Part shown: one piece after another, positions 1-8,767 of the stretch | Numbering within the stretch: the first letter of the stretch is position 1 | Layout of the letters: every line of letters starts with the position of its first letter | Assembly: GCA_964416505.1 (NCBI GenBank) | Contig: CAYQEJ010000001.1 | Span: 77,774 to 141,773 of the forward strand | DNA length: 64,000 bases | Source: an uncultured Gammaproteobacteria bacterium | Lineage (GTDB): Bacteria; Patescibacteriota; Microgenomatia; Levybacterales; UBA12049 | Reading direction: 5' to 3' | The notes under the pieces: generated by a model | The model's input: the letters and a program-made list of their open reading frames with translations, nothing else | Told to the model about the DNA's origin: nothing | The model's database searches: none | Translations under genes and position numbers: made by a program

Positions 1-20
1 CAGAAATAGAAGACCCATTA

Positions 21-710
21 GTGGCCGAGCAGCTTGCAAGTGACTTAGCGATAGTTGATCATATAATAGAATTAACTGAGTCCGTGAGATCAGATGCAAC
101 TGCAGTAAGAATATCAAATATAGCTATCCAAACTGCTCTTGATCGAGCAAATCTTTTCGAAGAAGTATCAGAAGAGCCAGAGCCAGAAGCAGAGCCTGAA
201 GCTCAAGCTGAAATAACGCCTCCACAGGCTATCACACCAGTTGAAGTTAAAAAAGAGCACAGAGAACCTGATAAAGAGCCTGTTCAACCTGAAAGTCGTG
301 TCGAATTTTACGTGGATGAAGAAGCAAATAATGCAAGAAGAACTGACACGGAAAAAGCAATAGAAGATGCATTTAAGGATAGCGCAGATCCCGAAACGGG
401 CGAAGTAGACGGATCAAAAGTAATTGCTAAACTTTCTCCTGAACCTCCAGATGAGGAGATTAGTGAATTAGTTTTATATACCGGAGGAAAAGTTGATGGA
501 TCCGAAACAGAAAGAAGAAAAGATTTAGCAAGCATGACTTTTGAATCTGAGGAAGCAGGTCGCGAAGCAAACGAAAGAGCAATTGCAAAAAATAATGCTG
601 TTACTTTCAAACAGGCTTCAAAAAGAGCCACTGACGCTGAAGTTGCGAAAGTTAAAAGTAAAACAGAGTTTAAAGTTTTAGAAACTCAAATATTTCCCCT
701 AGCAGCTTGA
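21..710 (+). CDS. Hypothetical acidic low-complexity protein (EPEPEAEPEA tract); reading frame stays open to window position 3, so possibly 5'-partial
   Basis: Continuous ORF with alternative GTG start at 21 and no upstream in-frame stop to the window edge. Very acidic, E/P/D-rich, no recognisable domain. Stop abuts the 3' end of the minus-strand tRNA-Gly. Confidence 0.4.
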   Translation: MAEQLASDLAIVDHIIELTESVRSDATAVRISNIAIQTALDRANLFEEVSEEPEPEAEPEAQAEITPPQAITPVEVKKEHREPDKEPVQPESRVEFYVDEEANNARRTDTEKAIEDAFKDSADPETGEVDGSKVIAKLSPEPPDEEISELVLYTGGKVDGSETERRKDLASMTFESEEAGREANERAIAKNNAVTFKQASKRATDAEVAKVKSKTEFKVLETQIFPLAA

Positions 711-780
711 GCGGGATACGAGAATCGAACTCGCGTCTCTTCCTTGGGAAGGAAATATTCTACCACTGAACCAATCCCGC
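710..780 (-). tRNA. tRNA-Gly (anticodon CCC)
   Basis: Reverse complement folds as a cloverleaf: acceptor GCGGGAT/ATCCCGC, D-stem GTTC/GAAT, anticodon stem TTTCC/GGAAG with loop TTCCCAA (anticodon CCC), T-arm GCGAG-TTCGATT-CTCGT. No CCA encoded. Confidence 0.8.
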
Positions 781-825
781 GAACTAAGTGAATTTTATCA
801 TAGTTATTGGTAAGATATTGCTAAG

Positions 826-1953
826 TTGAATAAGGTATTAAGATTTATTTCGTTGGCCTTTTTTATTTGCTCTTTTCTGGTAATGGCAAAAGTCATTCTT
901 AATCCCACATATCCAGATTTTACAAATTATTATTACGGTCCTAAATTAGCTTTTGAAGGAATTAGCCCATACTTACCAAACGAAAATCTTTTTACTCCCA
1001 CCACCTATCCTCCCACATTATTCCCAATTTTTAAATTTTTATCTTATTTAGATTTCATACTTGCAGGAAAGATTTGGACAATTGGATCTATATTTTCTCT
1101 TCTACTATCTTTAATTATTTTATTTAAAATTTATAAACAAAATCTTTTTTCAAATACAGTATTATTTATTTCGGGATTAACATTCCTTTCTTTTCCAATA
1201 AAGTTTAGCCTTGGAATGGGTCAAATAAATCTCTATATTCTTCTTTTAATAGTTTTATTCATTTATTTTCTAAATAAAGGTATGTCCAGAGCAGGAGCAT
1301 TTCTTTCTTTTGCCATAATCTTAAAGCTATTCCCTGTTTTTTTAATTCCCTATTTAGTTATTTTAAAAAAGTGGAAAATTTTACTGATAATCTTTTCTAT
1401 ATTTTTTACAATTTCAGTTATTACTTATTTGGTTTTGGGACGTGAAATTAATATTTATTATATTCAGAAAATAGCTCCAACTCTTATGGACTCCTGGAAG
1501 GGAAATTATTATAGTCAGTCATTATCAGGATTATTAACCCGCGAAATATCAGACCTGCGAGAAAGACAAATCCTAAAAAATATTATTTCCGCAGGAATGC
1601 TAGGGCTAACTTTTATTTTATTGGTTCTTAATAGGGACGTGAAGCGTGATGAGCTGATTTTAAAAATTTCTACTTTGATTAATTTAAATGTATTAATTAA
1701 TGGCTTTTCATGGCAACATCATTTTGTGTGGATGATTATTCCTTTAATTTCAACCTTCTTTTATATAAAAAATAAAAAACTTGGAATTTTTTACTTCGTT
1801 ATCCTTTTAGCATCATATATTTTAATTTCGTTTAACTTTAAAGATACAAATGGAATAAATTCTGTTTTACTCTCACATGTATTTTATGGAGGAGTAATTT
1901 TGTGGATTCTACAGTTACGCCTAATTTCGAAGGGGATTAAAAAAATTTTATAA
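826..1953 (+). CDS. Polytopic integral membrane protein, possibly GT-C/DUF2029-like glycosyltransferase
   Basis: 375-aa ORF with ~10 predicted hydrophobic helices, in the very F/I/L-rich composition typical of polyprenyl-phosphate-sugar-dependent GT-C enzymes. Start is TTG at 826; an ATG at 883 is an alternative. Confidence 0.45.
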   Translation: MNKVLRFISLAFFICSFLVMAKVILNPTYPDFTNYYYGPKLAFEGISPYLPNENLFTPTTYPPTLFPIFKFLSYLDFILAGKIWTIGSIFSLLLSLIILFKIYKQNLFSNTVLFISGLTFLSFPIKFSLGMGQINLYILLLIVLFIYFLNKGMSRAGAFLSFAIILKLFPVFLIPYLVILKKWKILLIIFSIFFTISVITYLVLGREINIYYIQKIAPTLMDSWKGNYYSQSLSGLLTREISDLRERQILKNIISAGMLGLTFILLVLNRDVKRDELILKISTLINLNVLINGFSWQHHFVWMIIPLISTFFYIKNKKLGIFYFVILLASYILISFNFKDTNGINSVLLSHVFYGGVILWILQLRLISKGIKKIL

Positions 1954-2394
1954 TTTTGGAATAATAACTTTTGTTCCTGGAGCTACATTATTTGCCTGTT
2001 CCTCAGTTAGGTTATTTGCTTTAGCTATATCTACCCATCTGTATCCGTCACCATAAAACTTAACTGCAACATCCCAAAGACCTTCACCTTCCCCAAGCGT
2101 ATATGTTTGGTTTGCTGGAGACACTATCTCTTCTGGAATACTCTTTTCATTAACTACCGGAGAATCGCTATCAATTGTTTGAACTCCTGATTCTTTAATA
2201 AATAGGAAAAATACCATGGAAATTCCTAGAACCACTACTGCACCGAGAACTAAAGAAATATATGATTCCCCTAGCTTTAGTTGTGAAGAAATATCATGAG
2301 CAAATTTGTTTGCACTGATTTTTAAATCATTTTTAGAAGCTACTGCTGCCTTTTTTGTAACTTTCTTAGTTGTCTTTTTTGTTTTCTTTGCCAT
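1948..2394 (-). CDS. LysM peptidoglycan-binding domain protein (K-rich N-terminus, single TM, C-terminal LysM)
   Basis: C-terminal segment YTLGEGEGLWDVAVKFYGDGYRWVDIAKANNL...VAPGTKVIIP matches the LysM consensus. The N-terminus is lysine-rich and followed by one hydrophobic helix. Confidence 0.7.
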   Translation of the reverse strand: MAKKTKKTTKKVTKKAAVASKNDLKISANKFAHDISSQLKLGESYISLVLGAVVVLGISMVFFLFIKESGVQTIDSDSPVVNEKSIPEEIVSPANQTYTLGEGEGLWDVAVKFYGDGYRWVDIAKANNLTEEQANNVAPGTKVIIPKL

Positions 2395-2438
2395 GTTTAG
2401 ATTAACAAACCAAGTATATCACATGAGTCAATACCCAT

Positions 2439-2467
2439 TTGCGCACATTTTCCTATTCTGGTAAAAT
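2439..2467 (+). promoter_or_regulatory. Sigma70-like promoter for tRNA-Asp: TTGCGC-N17-TAAAAT
   Basis: TTGCGC at 2439-2444, 17-nt spacer, TAAAAT at 2462-2467, 16 nt upstream of the mature tRNA 5' end. The same architecture occurs upstream of tRNA-Thr. Confidence 0.45.
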
Positions 2468-2483
2468 TACGTTCAGCTAGTCT

Positions 2484-2561
2484 GGGGTGGTAGCTCAGTT
2501 TGGTTAGAGCGCTTCCCTGTCACGGAAGAGGTCGCGGGTTCGAGTCCCGTCCACCCCGCCA
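2484..2561 (+). tRNA. tRNA-Asp (anticodon GTC), CCA encoded
   Basis: Acceptor GGGGTGG/CCACCCC, D-arm GCTC-AGTTTGGTTA-GAGC, anticodon stem CTTCC/GGAAG with loop CTGTCAC (GTC), T-arm GCGGG-TTCGAGT-CCCGT, discriminator G plus CCA. Confidence 0.9.
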
Positions 2562-2583
2562 GATTAGATTAATCTTCTTAAAC

Positions 2584-4344
2584 GTGACCAATAAAGAAAT
2601 TGCCGAACTTTTCAGAAATGTTGCCGCTTCTTATTCAATAAAGAATGATGCTAAATTTAGATTTCAACTCCTTGCATATCAAAACGCAGCTGATGCAATC
2701 GAAGGATTATCTACTCAAGTAAGTGATTTTTACAAAGAAGGAAAACTTGATCAAATTCCGGGAATTGGCACTACTCTAAAACAAAGACTCGAGGAACTTT
2801 TAAAAACTGGAAAAGTAGTGCATTTCGAAGAAGTGATGAAAGGAATTCCAGAACCAGTTTTCTTACTTATGAAAGTGCCATCAATTGGCCCTAAGAAAGC
2901 ATACAAGCTAGCGACGGAGTTCAAGCTTAACAAAAATGAAACTGCGATCGAGAGCTTAAAAAAAGTTGGGGAAAAAGGAGAAATCGCAAAACTTGAAGGA
3001 TTTGGAGAAAAATCGGAAAAGGATATTCTTAGAGCTCTTGAAGAATATAAAAAAGGTTATGGCAAAACCACAAAAATGCTTCTTCCTTATGCAGGAGAAA
3101 TTGCTGAAGACATGATCAATTATCTTTTTCAAGATAAAAATGTAAAAGAAGCAATGCCACTTGGATCTTTAAGAAGAAGAAAACCACTTGTAGGAGACAT
3201 AGATATCGCAGTTGTCTCTAAGGATCCCGCAAATACTATTGATCATTTCACCAAATATCCTCGGGCTGGAAGAATAATTGAGAAAGGACCAAGCGGATCC
3301 TCACTTCTAACATCTGGAGGAGCACAAATAGATCTTTTAGTACTTGAGCCAGATCAATGGGGCTCTTTACTTCAGCATTTCACCGGCAGCAAAGACCACA
3401 ATGTACACCTAAGAGAACTCGCTTTAAAAAAAGGGCTTTCTTTAAATGAAAAAGGAATTAAAAATGTAAAAACAGAAAAACTTGAGAAATTCTCAAATGA
3501 AGAAGATTTTTATAAAAAAATAGGCATGGACTGGATACCTCCGGAAATGAGAGAAGACTCTGGGGAAATAGAACTTGCGCTCCTGCATAAATTACCAAAA
3601 ATAATTGAAGTTAAAGATATAAAAGGAGATTTTCATCTTCACTCAAGCTTTCCCGTAGAACAATCGCATGACCAGGGCCAAAGTTCAATTGAAGAAATGG
3701 TTTTATTTGCCAAGAAAATAGGCTATGAATATCTGGGATTTTCAGAACACAATCCTAGTCAATCCAAACACACAAAATCTCAAATCGTAAGTTTAATAAA
3801 AAAAAGAAATGAAGAAATAGACAGAGTTTCTAAGAAAAATAATTTTCCAATTTTTAAACTTATGGAAACAGATATCCTTCCGGATGGATCCTTGGCTCTT
3901 CCAGATGAAGCGCTCGATCAGCTTGATGGATCAATCGTTTCAATCCATAGTGTATTTAAAATGGATAAGGATGAAATGACAAAAAGAGTCATTAAGGGTC
4001 TTTCGCATCCGAAAGCTAAAATTCTCGCTCATCCCACTGGAAGACTTCTTAACGAAAGGTCTGGATATGAACTTGATTTCGAAACACTTTTTAAATTTTG
4101 CAAAGAAAACAATAAAGCTCTTGAAATTAACGCATATCCAAACAGGCTTGATCTAGAGGGGCCACTTATTAAGATGGCAATCGAATTTGAAATAAAACTG
4201 ACAATTGATACCGACTCACATCAGGTATCACAAATGAGTCTTATGCCTTATGGAGTATCTCAAGCAAGAAGAGGATGGGCAACAAAAAAAGATATACTAA
4301 ATTGCGCAAATTATGAAGATGTTGTAGAATGGTTTAAGAGCTAA
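2584..4344 (+). CDS. polX: DNA polymerase X family protein with C-terminal PHP (polymerase/histidinol phosphatase) domain
   Basis: Helix-hairpin-helix GIG motifs (QIPGIGTTL, VPSIGPKKA), Pol-beta-like catalytic aspartates (LVGDIDIAV), C-terminal PHP signature DFHLHS...EHNPS. The ORF-track start (2500) lies inside tRNA-Asp, so the start was moved to the in-frame GTG at 2584. Confidence 0.8.
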   Translation: MTNKEIAELFRNVAASYSIKNDAKFRFQLLAYQNAADAIEGLSTQVSDFYKEGKLDQIPGIGTTLKQRLEELLKTGKVVHFEEVMKGIPEPVFLLMKVPSIGPKKAYKLATEFKLNKNETAIESLKKVGEKGEIAKLEGFGEKSEKDILRALEEYKKGYGKTTKMLLPYAGEIAEDMINYLFQDKNVKEAMPLGSLRRRKPLVGDIDIAVVSKDPANTIDHFTKYPRAGRIIEKGPSGSSLLTSGGAQIDLLVLEPDQWGSLLQHFTGSKDHNVHLRELALKKGLSLNEKGIKNVKTEKLEKFSNEEDFYKKIGMDWIPPEMREDSGEIELALLHKLPKIIEVKDIKGDFHLHSSFPVEQSHDQGQSSIEEMVLFAKKIGYEYLGFSEHNPSQSKHTKSQIVSLIKKRNEEIDRVSKKNNFPIFKLMETDILPDGSLALPDEALDQLDGSIVSIHSVFKMDKDEMTKRVIKGLSHPKAKILAHPTGRLLNERSGYELDFETLFKFCKENNKALEINAYPNRLDLEGPLIKMAIEFEIKLTIDTDSHQVSQMSLMPYGVSQARRGWATKKDILNCANYEDVVEWFKS

Positions 4345-4345
4345 A

Positions 4346-4897
4346 ATGAATATAACAATTATTATCGCAGTCGCAGTAGGAGCATTAATTTTATTTGGTC
4401 TCTACCTTTACAATTCACTTATTTCTGCAAAACTAAGAGTCGGAGAAGCTTTTTCTCAAATTGATGTTCAATTAAAAAGAAGAACTGATCTCATCCCAAA
4501 TTTAGTTGAAACAGTAAAAGGATATGCAAAACAGGAAAAAGAAGTATTCACAAAAGTAACGGAACTTAGATCAAGCCTAATGCAAGCTAAATCTCCAGAA
4601 AAGAAAGCTGAAGTAAATAATCAGTTAACAGATGCTTTAAAATCAATTTTTGCTGTAGCTGAAGCATATCCACAACTTAGATCAAGCGAAAATTTTAAGG
4701 CTCTTCAGGATGAGTTATCAGATACAGAAAATAAAATTGCTTACTCCAGACAGTTCTACAATTCAAACGTATTAGATTACAATACAAAGCTTCAGGTTTT
4801 CCCAAATGTTTTATTTGCAAGAATTCTGAATTTTAAACCAGCAGAATTCTTTGGTGCTACTGAAGAGGAAAGAAAGACAGTTAAAGTTAGCTTCTAA
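4346..4897 (+). CDS. lemA: LemA family membrane protein
   Basis: N-terminal TM followed by the conserved LemA region (RVGEAFSQIDVQLKRRTDLIPNLVETVKGYAKQEKEVF...AEAYPQLRS). Followed by htpX, a pairing conserved in many bacteria. Confidence 0.8.
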   Translation: MNITIIIAVAVGALILFGLYLYNSLISAKLRVGEAFSQIDVQLKRRTDLIPNLVETVKGYAKQEKEVFTKVTELRSSLMQAKSPEKKAEVNNQLTDALKSIFAVAEAYPQLRSSENFKALQDELSDTENKIAYSRQFYNSNVLDYNTKLQVFPNVLFARILNFKPAEFFGATEEERKTVKVSF

Positions 4898-4901
4898 TTC
4901 T

Positions 4902-5789
4902 ATGAACATCTACGGTGCAATTTCCCAGAACAAGTGGAAAACTTGGATAATAATGACTCTTTTCATAGTCTTCATATCCACGCTTGTTTACGTAATGAGT
5001 AAAGCCTTTGGACTAAGCGCTCTTTCTATGACTGGAGTTGCTCTAATTATCGCAGGAGTAATGAGCATAGGAAGTTTTTACTACTCAGACAAATTGGTAA
5101 TAACTACTTCGGGAGCAAGACAGATTAAAAAAGACGAATTTCCTGAATATTTTCGAACTGTAGAAAATCTTGCTATTGCTGCAGGACTTCCTACGCCTAA
5201 AATCTACATTATCGATGATGCTTCTCCGAATGCATTTGCAACTGGAAGAGATCCAAAACATGCTGTAGTAGCAGCAACCACAGGATTACTTAATATAATG
5301 AACAAGGCAGAATTAGAAGGAGTTATCGCGCATGAGTTATCACACGTAAAAAACTACGATATTAGATTGGCTGGAGTAGTTGCTGTACTTGTAGGTTTTG
5401 TAGCAATATTATCTGATTTATTCATTCGCGCAAGTTTTTTTAGAGATTCAGATGATAACAAAGGTAACGCTATATTTTTAATCGTAGCGCTTGTCTTAGC
5501 AATCCTCTCTCCTATCGCTGCATCACTAATCCAGCTTGCAGTAAGTAGAAAAAGAGAGTATTTAGCAGATGCATCTGGCGCGCTTTTAACCAGATATCCG
5601 GAAGGTCTTGCTTCTGCTTTAGAAAAGCTTAAGAATGACCACACTCCACCTAGATCTGCAAGCAATGCAACAGCACATTTATTTATCGAGAATCCTTTTG
5701 ACAATAAAAAGGTAAAGAATCTTTTTACAGGACTTTTCAATACTCATCCCCCACTTGACGAAAGAATTAAGATACTTCGCTCCATGTAG
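4902..5789 (+). CDS. htpX: Zinc metalloprotease HtpX (peptidase M48)
   Basis: HEXXH zinc-binding motif HELSHVKNYD, 4 TM helices, C-terminal ...HPPLDERI typical of HtpX. The ATG at 4902 was chosen over the ORF-track start, which overlaps lemA. Confidence 0.85.
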   Translation: MNIYGAISQNKWKTWIIMTLFIVFISTLVYVMSKAFGLSALSMTGVALIIAGVMSIGSFYYSDKLVITTSGARQIKKDEFPEYFRTVENLAIAAGLPTPKIYIIDDASPNAFATGRDPKHAVVAATTGLLNIMNKAELEGVIAHELSHVKNYDIRLAGVVAVLVGFVAILSDLFIRASFFRDSDDNKGNAIFLIVALVLAILSPIAASLIQLAVSRKREYLADASGALLTRYPEGLASALEKLKNDHTPPRSASNATAHLFIENPFDNKKVKNLFTGLFNTHPPLDERIKILRSM

Positions 5790-5809
5790 TTCATGATAAA
5801 ATTAAATCA

Positions 5810-7105
5810 GTGAATTTAATTCTTGTCATTTTAGGAAAACTTTTCATAACTACCTCACAAATTTTTAATCTTGGGAATGGCTCCACATGGCCGGGTCATA
5901 TAGCTTTAAGCACAAATCCAAAATTCATAAAAGAATCTTTAAAAAAAACAAAAACAAAAATTATTTTGGTCGCTGGTACTAATGGAAAAACCACTACAGG
6001 TGCTCTAATTTCACACATATTTCTTGGAAATAACAAATCAGTGATTCACAATTCCTCAGGAGCAAATCTTTTAAATGGATTAGCTTCAGCGATTATTTCA
6101 TCCTATAACATTAGCTTCGCAAGGCCAGGCCTTGCGAGGCTAGATGCAGATTATTTAGTATTTGAAGTTGATGAAAATGCACTTCCAAAAGTTTTAGAAA
6201 ATTTAACTCCAAATTACGTTATTTGCTTAAACCTTTTTAGAGACCAATTGGATAGATATGGAGAAATTGATTCGATATCAAGGAGATGGAAAGAAGCATT
6301 TAGAAAAATAGATGATAGGACAACGCTTATCTTAAACGCAGATGATCCACAAATCTCCTATCTTGGAAAAGATACAAATGCAAAAATAAAATATTTTGGA
6401 CTTGACGAAAAAGGAATTGATGTAACAAAACATGGTGCTGACTCTATTTACTGTCCCAAATGCTCTACCAAGTTAAACTACGAAAAAGTGTTTTATTCTC
6501 ACTTGGGAATTTGGAATTGTCCAAATTGCAAAATTAAAAGACCATCTCCTGAAAATATAGAAATTTCCTCAAATCCCCTTCCAGGAATTCATAACAAATA
6601 CAATCTTCAAGCGGCTATTACTGTCGCTCTTTCTGAAAACACAAGTCAAATCTTAATTAATGACGCATTAAATAAATTTACTCCAGCATTTGGAAGAGGC
6701 GAAAAGATTGTTTATAAAGGGAAAACGATTCAATTATTCTTATCAAAAAACCCAACAAGCTTTAATCAGAGTCTTGATACTATTAAGGATTTGGGTGGAA
6801 AAAACATTATGTTTATCTTAAACGACGCGATTCCCGATGGAAAAGATATAAGCTGGATTTGGGATATTAATCTGGAAGAAATCCTTACAAAGGACATGAA
6901 CATAGGTGTAACTGGTAACAGAATGCTGGATATGAGTCTAAGAATTAAATATAGTGAATTTTTTGCACATCATAATACGAATACACAAATCCTATTAGAC
7001 AATATGGTAAATTCTTTAGATTCAGACGAAACTCTTTATATTCTCCCAAACTACTCAGCAATGCTCGATATTAGAAAAATTCTAACAGGCAAAAAAATCT
7101 TATGA
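5810..7105 (+). CDS. murT: Lipid II isoglutaminyl synthase subunit MurT (Mur-ligase-like, with Cys4 zinc ribbon and DUF1727)
   Basis: Mur ligase P-loop VAGTNGKTTT. Cys4 ribbon CPKCSTKLNYEKVFYSHLGIWNCPNCKIKRP, equivalent to the S. aureus MurT ribbon. The stop overlaps the gatD start (ATGA). Contains an in-frame copy of the palindromic repeat at 6102-6143. Confidence 0.8.
   Translation: MNLILVILGKLFITTSQIFNLGNGSTWPGHIALSTNPKFIKESLKKTKTKIILVAGTNGKTTTGALISHIFLGNNKSVIHNSSGANLLNGLASAIISSYNISFARPGLARLDADYLVFEVDENALPKVLENLTPNYVICLNLFRDQLDRYGEIDSISRRWKEAFRKIDDRTTLILNADDPQISYLGKDTNAKIKYFGLDEKGIDVTKHGADSIYCPKCSTKLNYEKVFYSHLGIWNCPNCKIKRPSPENIEISSNPLPGIHNKYNLQAAITVALSENTSQILINDALNKFTPAFGRGEKIVYKGKTIQLFLSKNPTSFNQSLDTIKDLGGKNIMFILNDAIPDGKDISWIWDINLEEILTKDMNIGVTGNRMLDMSLRIKYSEFFAHHNTNTQILLDNMVNSLDSDETLYILPNYSAMLDIRKILTGKKIL
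6102..6143. repeat. Palindromic GC-rich repeat copy R1 (CCTATAACA-TTAGCTTCGCAAGGCCAGGCCTTGCGAGGCTAG), in-frame inside murT
   Basis: Near-perfect inverted repeat TAGCTTCGCAAGGCC-A-GGCCTTGCGAGGCTA read directly from the sequence. Encodes ...SYNISFARPGLARLDA..., about 10 aa more than staphylococcal MurT has in the equivalent loop. Confidence 0.8.
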
Positions 7106-7833
7106 AACAGAAATTGACAATTGGTTGGTTATATCCCGAGCTGATGAATATTTATGGTGACCGGGGAAATATCATAGCTTTAGTTAAACGCTCTACTTGG
7201 AGACAAATAAAAACTGAGGTAGAAAATTTAAATCCTGGTTTTTCAGATGATGCTTTAAGAAAATGCGACATTCTGATTATGGGAGGAGCTCAAGATAAGC
7301 AGCAGTCTATTGTTAACGAAGATCTTAAAAAGCATCATAAAACTCTCTCAGAAATGATAGATGAAGGAACTCCTGGACTTTTTGTATGCGGTGGATTCCA
7401 GTTTTTAGGAAACTATTATAAAGAAGCTGATGGTACGATTATCGATGGGCTTGGAATATTCGACCTTAACACCCAAAACCCTGGCCAAGAAAGCGGAAGA
7501 CTAATTGGAAATATAATAATTGAGCCTCTTGTTACTGGCCTTTCTAAACCTATTGTTGGGTTTGAAAATCATGGAGGAAGAACTGTACTTGGAGCAAACA
7601 TCAAACCATTTGGGAAAGTTTTAAAAGGTCATGGAAATAATGATGATGGTTTCGAAGGAGCTATTTATAAAAATAGCTTTGGAACATACATGCATGGTCC
7701 AATTTTACCAAAGAATCCTGAGCTTACTGATTTATTAATCAAACTTTCTCTTAAAGCAGAAGAGCTCCTACCACTTGATGATAAAATTGAGAATCAAGCA
7801 AATGAATTTATTCAAAAACTTTTGATTAAATAG
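7102..7833 (+). CDS. gatD: Lipid II isoglutaminyl synthase glutaminase subunit GatD (CobB/CobQ-type glutamine amidotransferase)
   Basis: N-terminus LTIGWLYPELMNIYGDRGN and catalytic Cys in VCGGFQFLG, plus MHGP near the C-terminus, are the GatD/CobQ-GATase signature. Translationally coupled to murT. Confidence 0.8.
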   Translation: MKQKLTIGWLYPELMNIYGDRGNIIALVKRSTWRQIKTEVENLNPGFSDDALRKCDILIMGGAQDKQQSIVNEDLKKHHKTLSEMIDEGTPGLFVCGGFQFLGNYYKEADGTIIDGLGIFDLNTQNPGQESGRLIGNIIIEPLVTGLSKPIVGFENHGGRTVLGANIKPFGKVLKGHGNNDDGFEGAIYKNSFGTYMHGPILPKNPELTDLLIKLSLKAEELLPLDDKIENQANEFIQKLLIK

Positions 7834-7871
7834 AGATTGAATAGCCTCGAGACATAGAATATAATTACCTC

Positions 7872-8156
7872 ATGAAGTTTGATATAAAACACGTAGCCAA
7901 ATTGGCAAATCTCTCTCTTTCAGACGAAGAAGAAAAAAAATTCTCCGCTCAACTTGAAGAAACAGTAAGCTACATTGAGGGATTGAATGAAGTAGATACA
8001 AATGGTGTCTCCCCTACATCACAGGTTACAGGACTTGAAAATATAACCCGTGAAGACGAAGTTACTCAATCACTTTCTCAAGAAGAAGCACTTTCAAATG
8101 CCAAGTCTACCCATAATGGGTTTTTCAGAGTTAAAGGAATATTAAATAATGAATAA
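7872..8156 (+). CDS. gatC: Asp/Glu-tRNA(Asn/Gln) amidotransferase subunit C
   Basis: 94-aa protein. MKFDIKHVAKLANLSLSDEEEKKFSAQLEETVSYIEGLNEVDTNGVSPTSQV matches the GatC family. Confidence 0.8.
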   Translation: MKFDIKHVAKLANLSLSDEEEKKFSAQLEETVSYIEGLNEVDTNGVSPTSQVTGLENITREDEVTQSLSQEEALSNAKSTHNGFFRVKGILNNE

Positions 8157-8766
8157 CCTTACCACATTTTACCTTGTAAGGCATGGTGAAACCGAAGACA
8201 ACGTTAATCACATAATTCAAGGTCAAACAGACTCCCCTCTTACGGAAAATGGGATTGAGGAAATAAAAAAAGTTGCGAAAAAACTTAAAGGAGTAAAATT
8301 TGATCTAGCTTTTTCTTCAGATCTTTTGAGAGCTAAAAGGACTGCAGAAATAATTGCTTTAGAGCACAAACTGGAAGTTACAACATCAGAAATAATAAGG
8401 GAAAGAAACTTTGGAGAGTTTGAAAAGAGACCCAATACTGAATATGCAGAAAAAGTAAATTCCTTACTAGATAAACTCTCAGATGAAGAGAGACGATCAT
8501 TTGATAAATTTGGCATGGAAAGCGAAAATAGTTTAGTAGAAAGATTAACTACTTTTATTAGAGAAGTTGCCGTCGCAAATCCTGGAAAAAAAGTATTAGT
8601 CGTAGCACACGGCGCCATAATAAGATATTTCTTAATCAGATTAGGAGTCGGCGATTATAAAACATTTAGAGGATCGAGCATCAAAAACGTGGGATTTGTA
8701 AAAATTGAATCTGACGGAACTGATTTTTTTGTAAAAGAATTAAGCGGAATACAATTCGTGAATTAA
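8149..8766 (+). CDS. Histidine phosphatase family protein (phosphoglycerate mutase-like)
   Basis: N-terminal catalytic RHG motif (YLVRHGETEDN) and AHGAIIRYF near the C-terminus. Overlaps the gatC stop by 8 nt and lies inside the gatC-A-B operon. Confidence 0.75.
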   Translation: MNNLTTFYLVRHGETEDNVNHIIQGQTDSPLTENGIEEIKKVAKKLKGVKFDLAFSSDLLRAKRTAEIIALEHKLEVTTSEIIRERNFGEFEKRPNTEYAEKVNSLLDKLSDEERRSFDKFGMESENSLVERLTTFIREVAVANPGKKVLVVAHGAIIRYFLIRLGVGDYKTFRGSSIKNVGFVKIESDGTDFFVKELSGIQFVN

Positions 8767-8767
8767 T

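Noticed and set aside
308-631. 107-aa minus-strand ORF inside the acidic-protein gene
   Set aside because: Entirely antisense to a longer ORF. Its Ser/Ala-rich low-complexity translation is the mirror of the E/P-rich sense frame. No start context.
2500-2583. N-terminal extension of the polX ORF (MVRALPCHGRGRGFESRPP…)
   Set aside because: These codons are the tRNA-Asp gene read in frame. The ESRP/GFESR peptide is the classic signature of translating a tRNA T-arm. The start was moved to GTG 2584.
5354-5740. 128-aa minus-strand ORF within htpX
   Set aside because: Antisense to a well-supported HEXXH protease gene. No domain signal.
8223-8618. 131-aa minus-strand ORF within the histidine phosphatase gene
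   Set aside because: Antisense shadow ORF with low-complexity Ser-rich translation.
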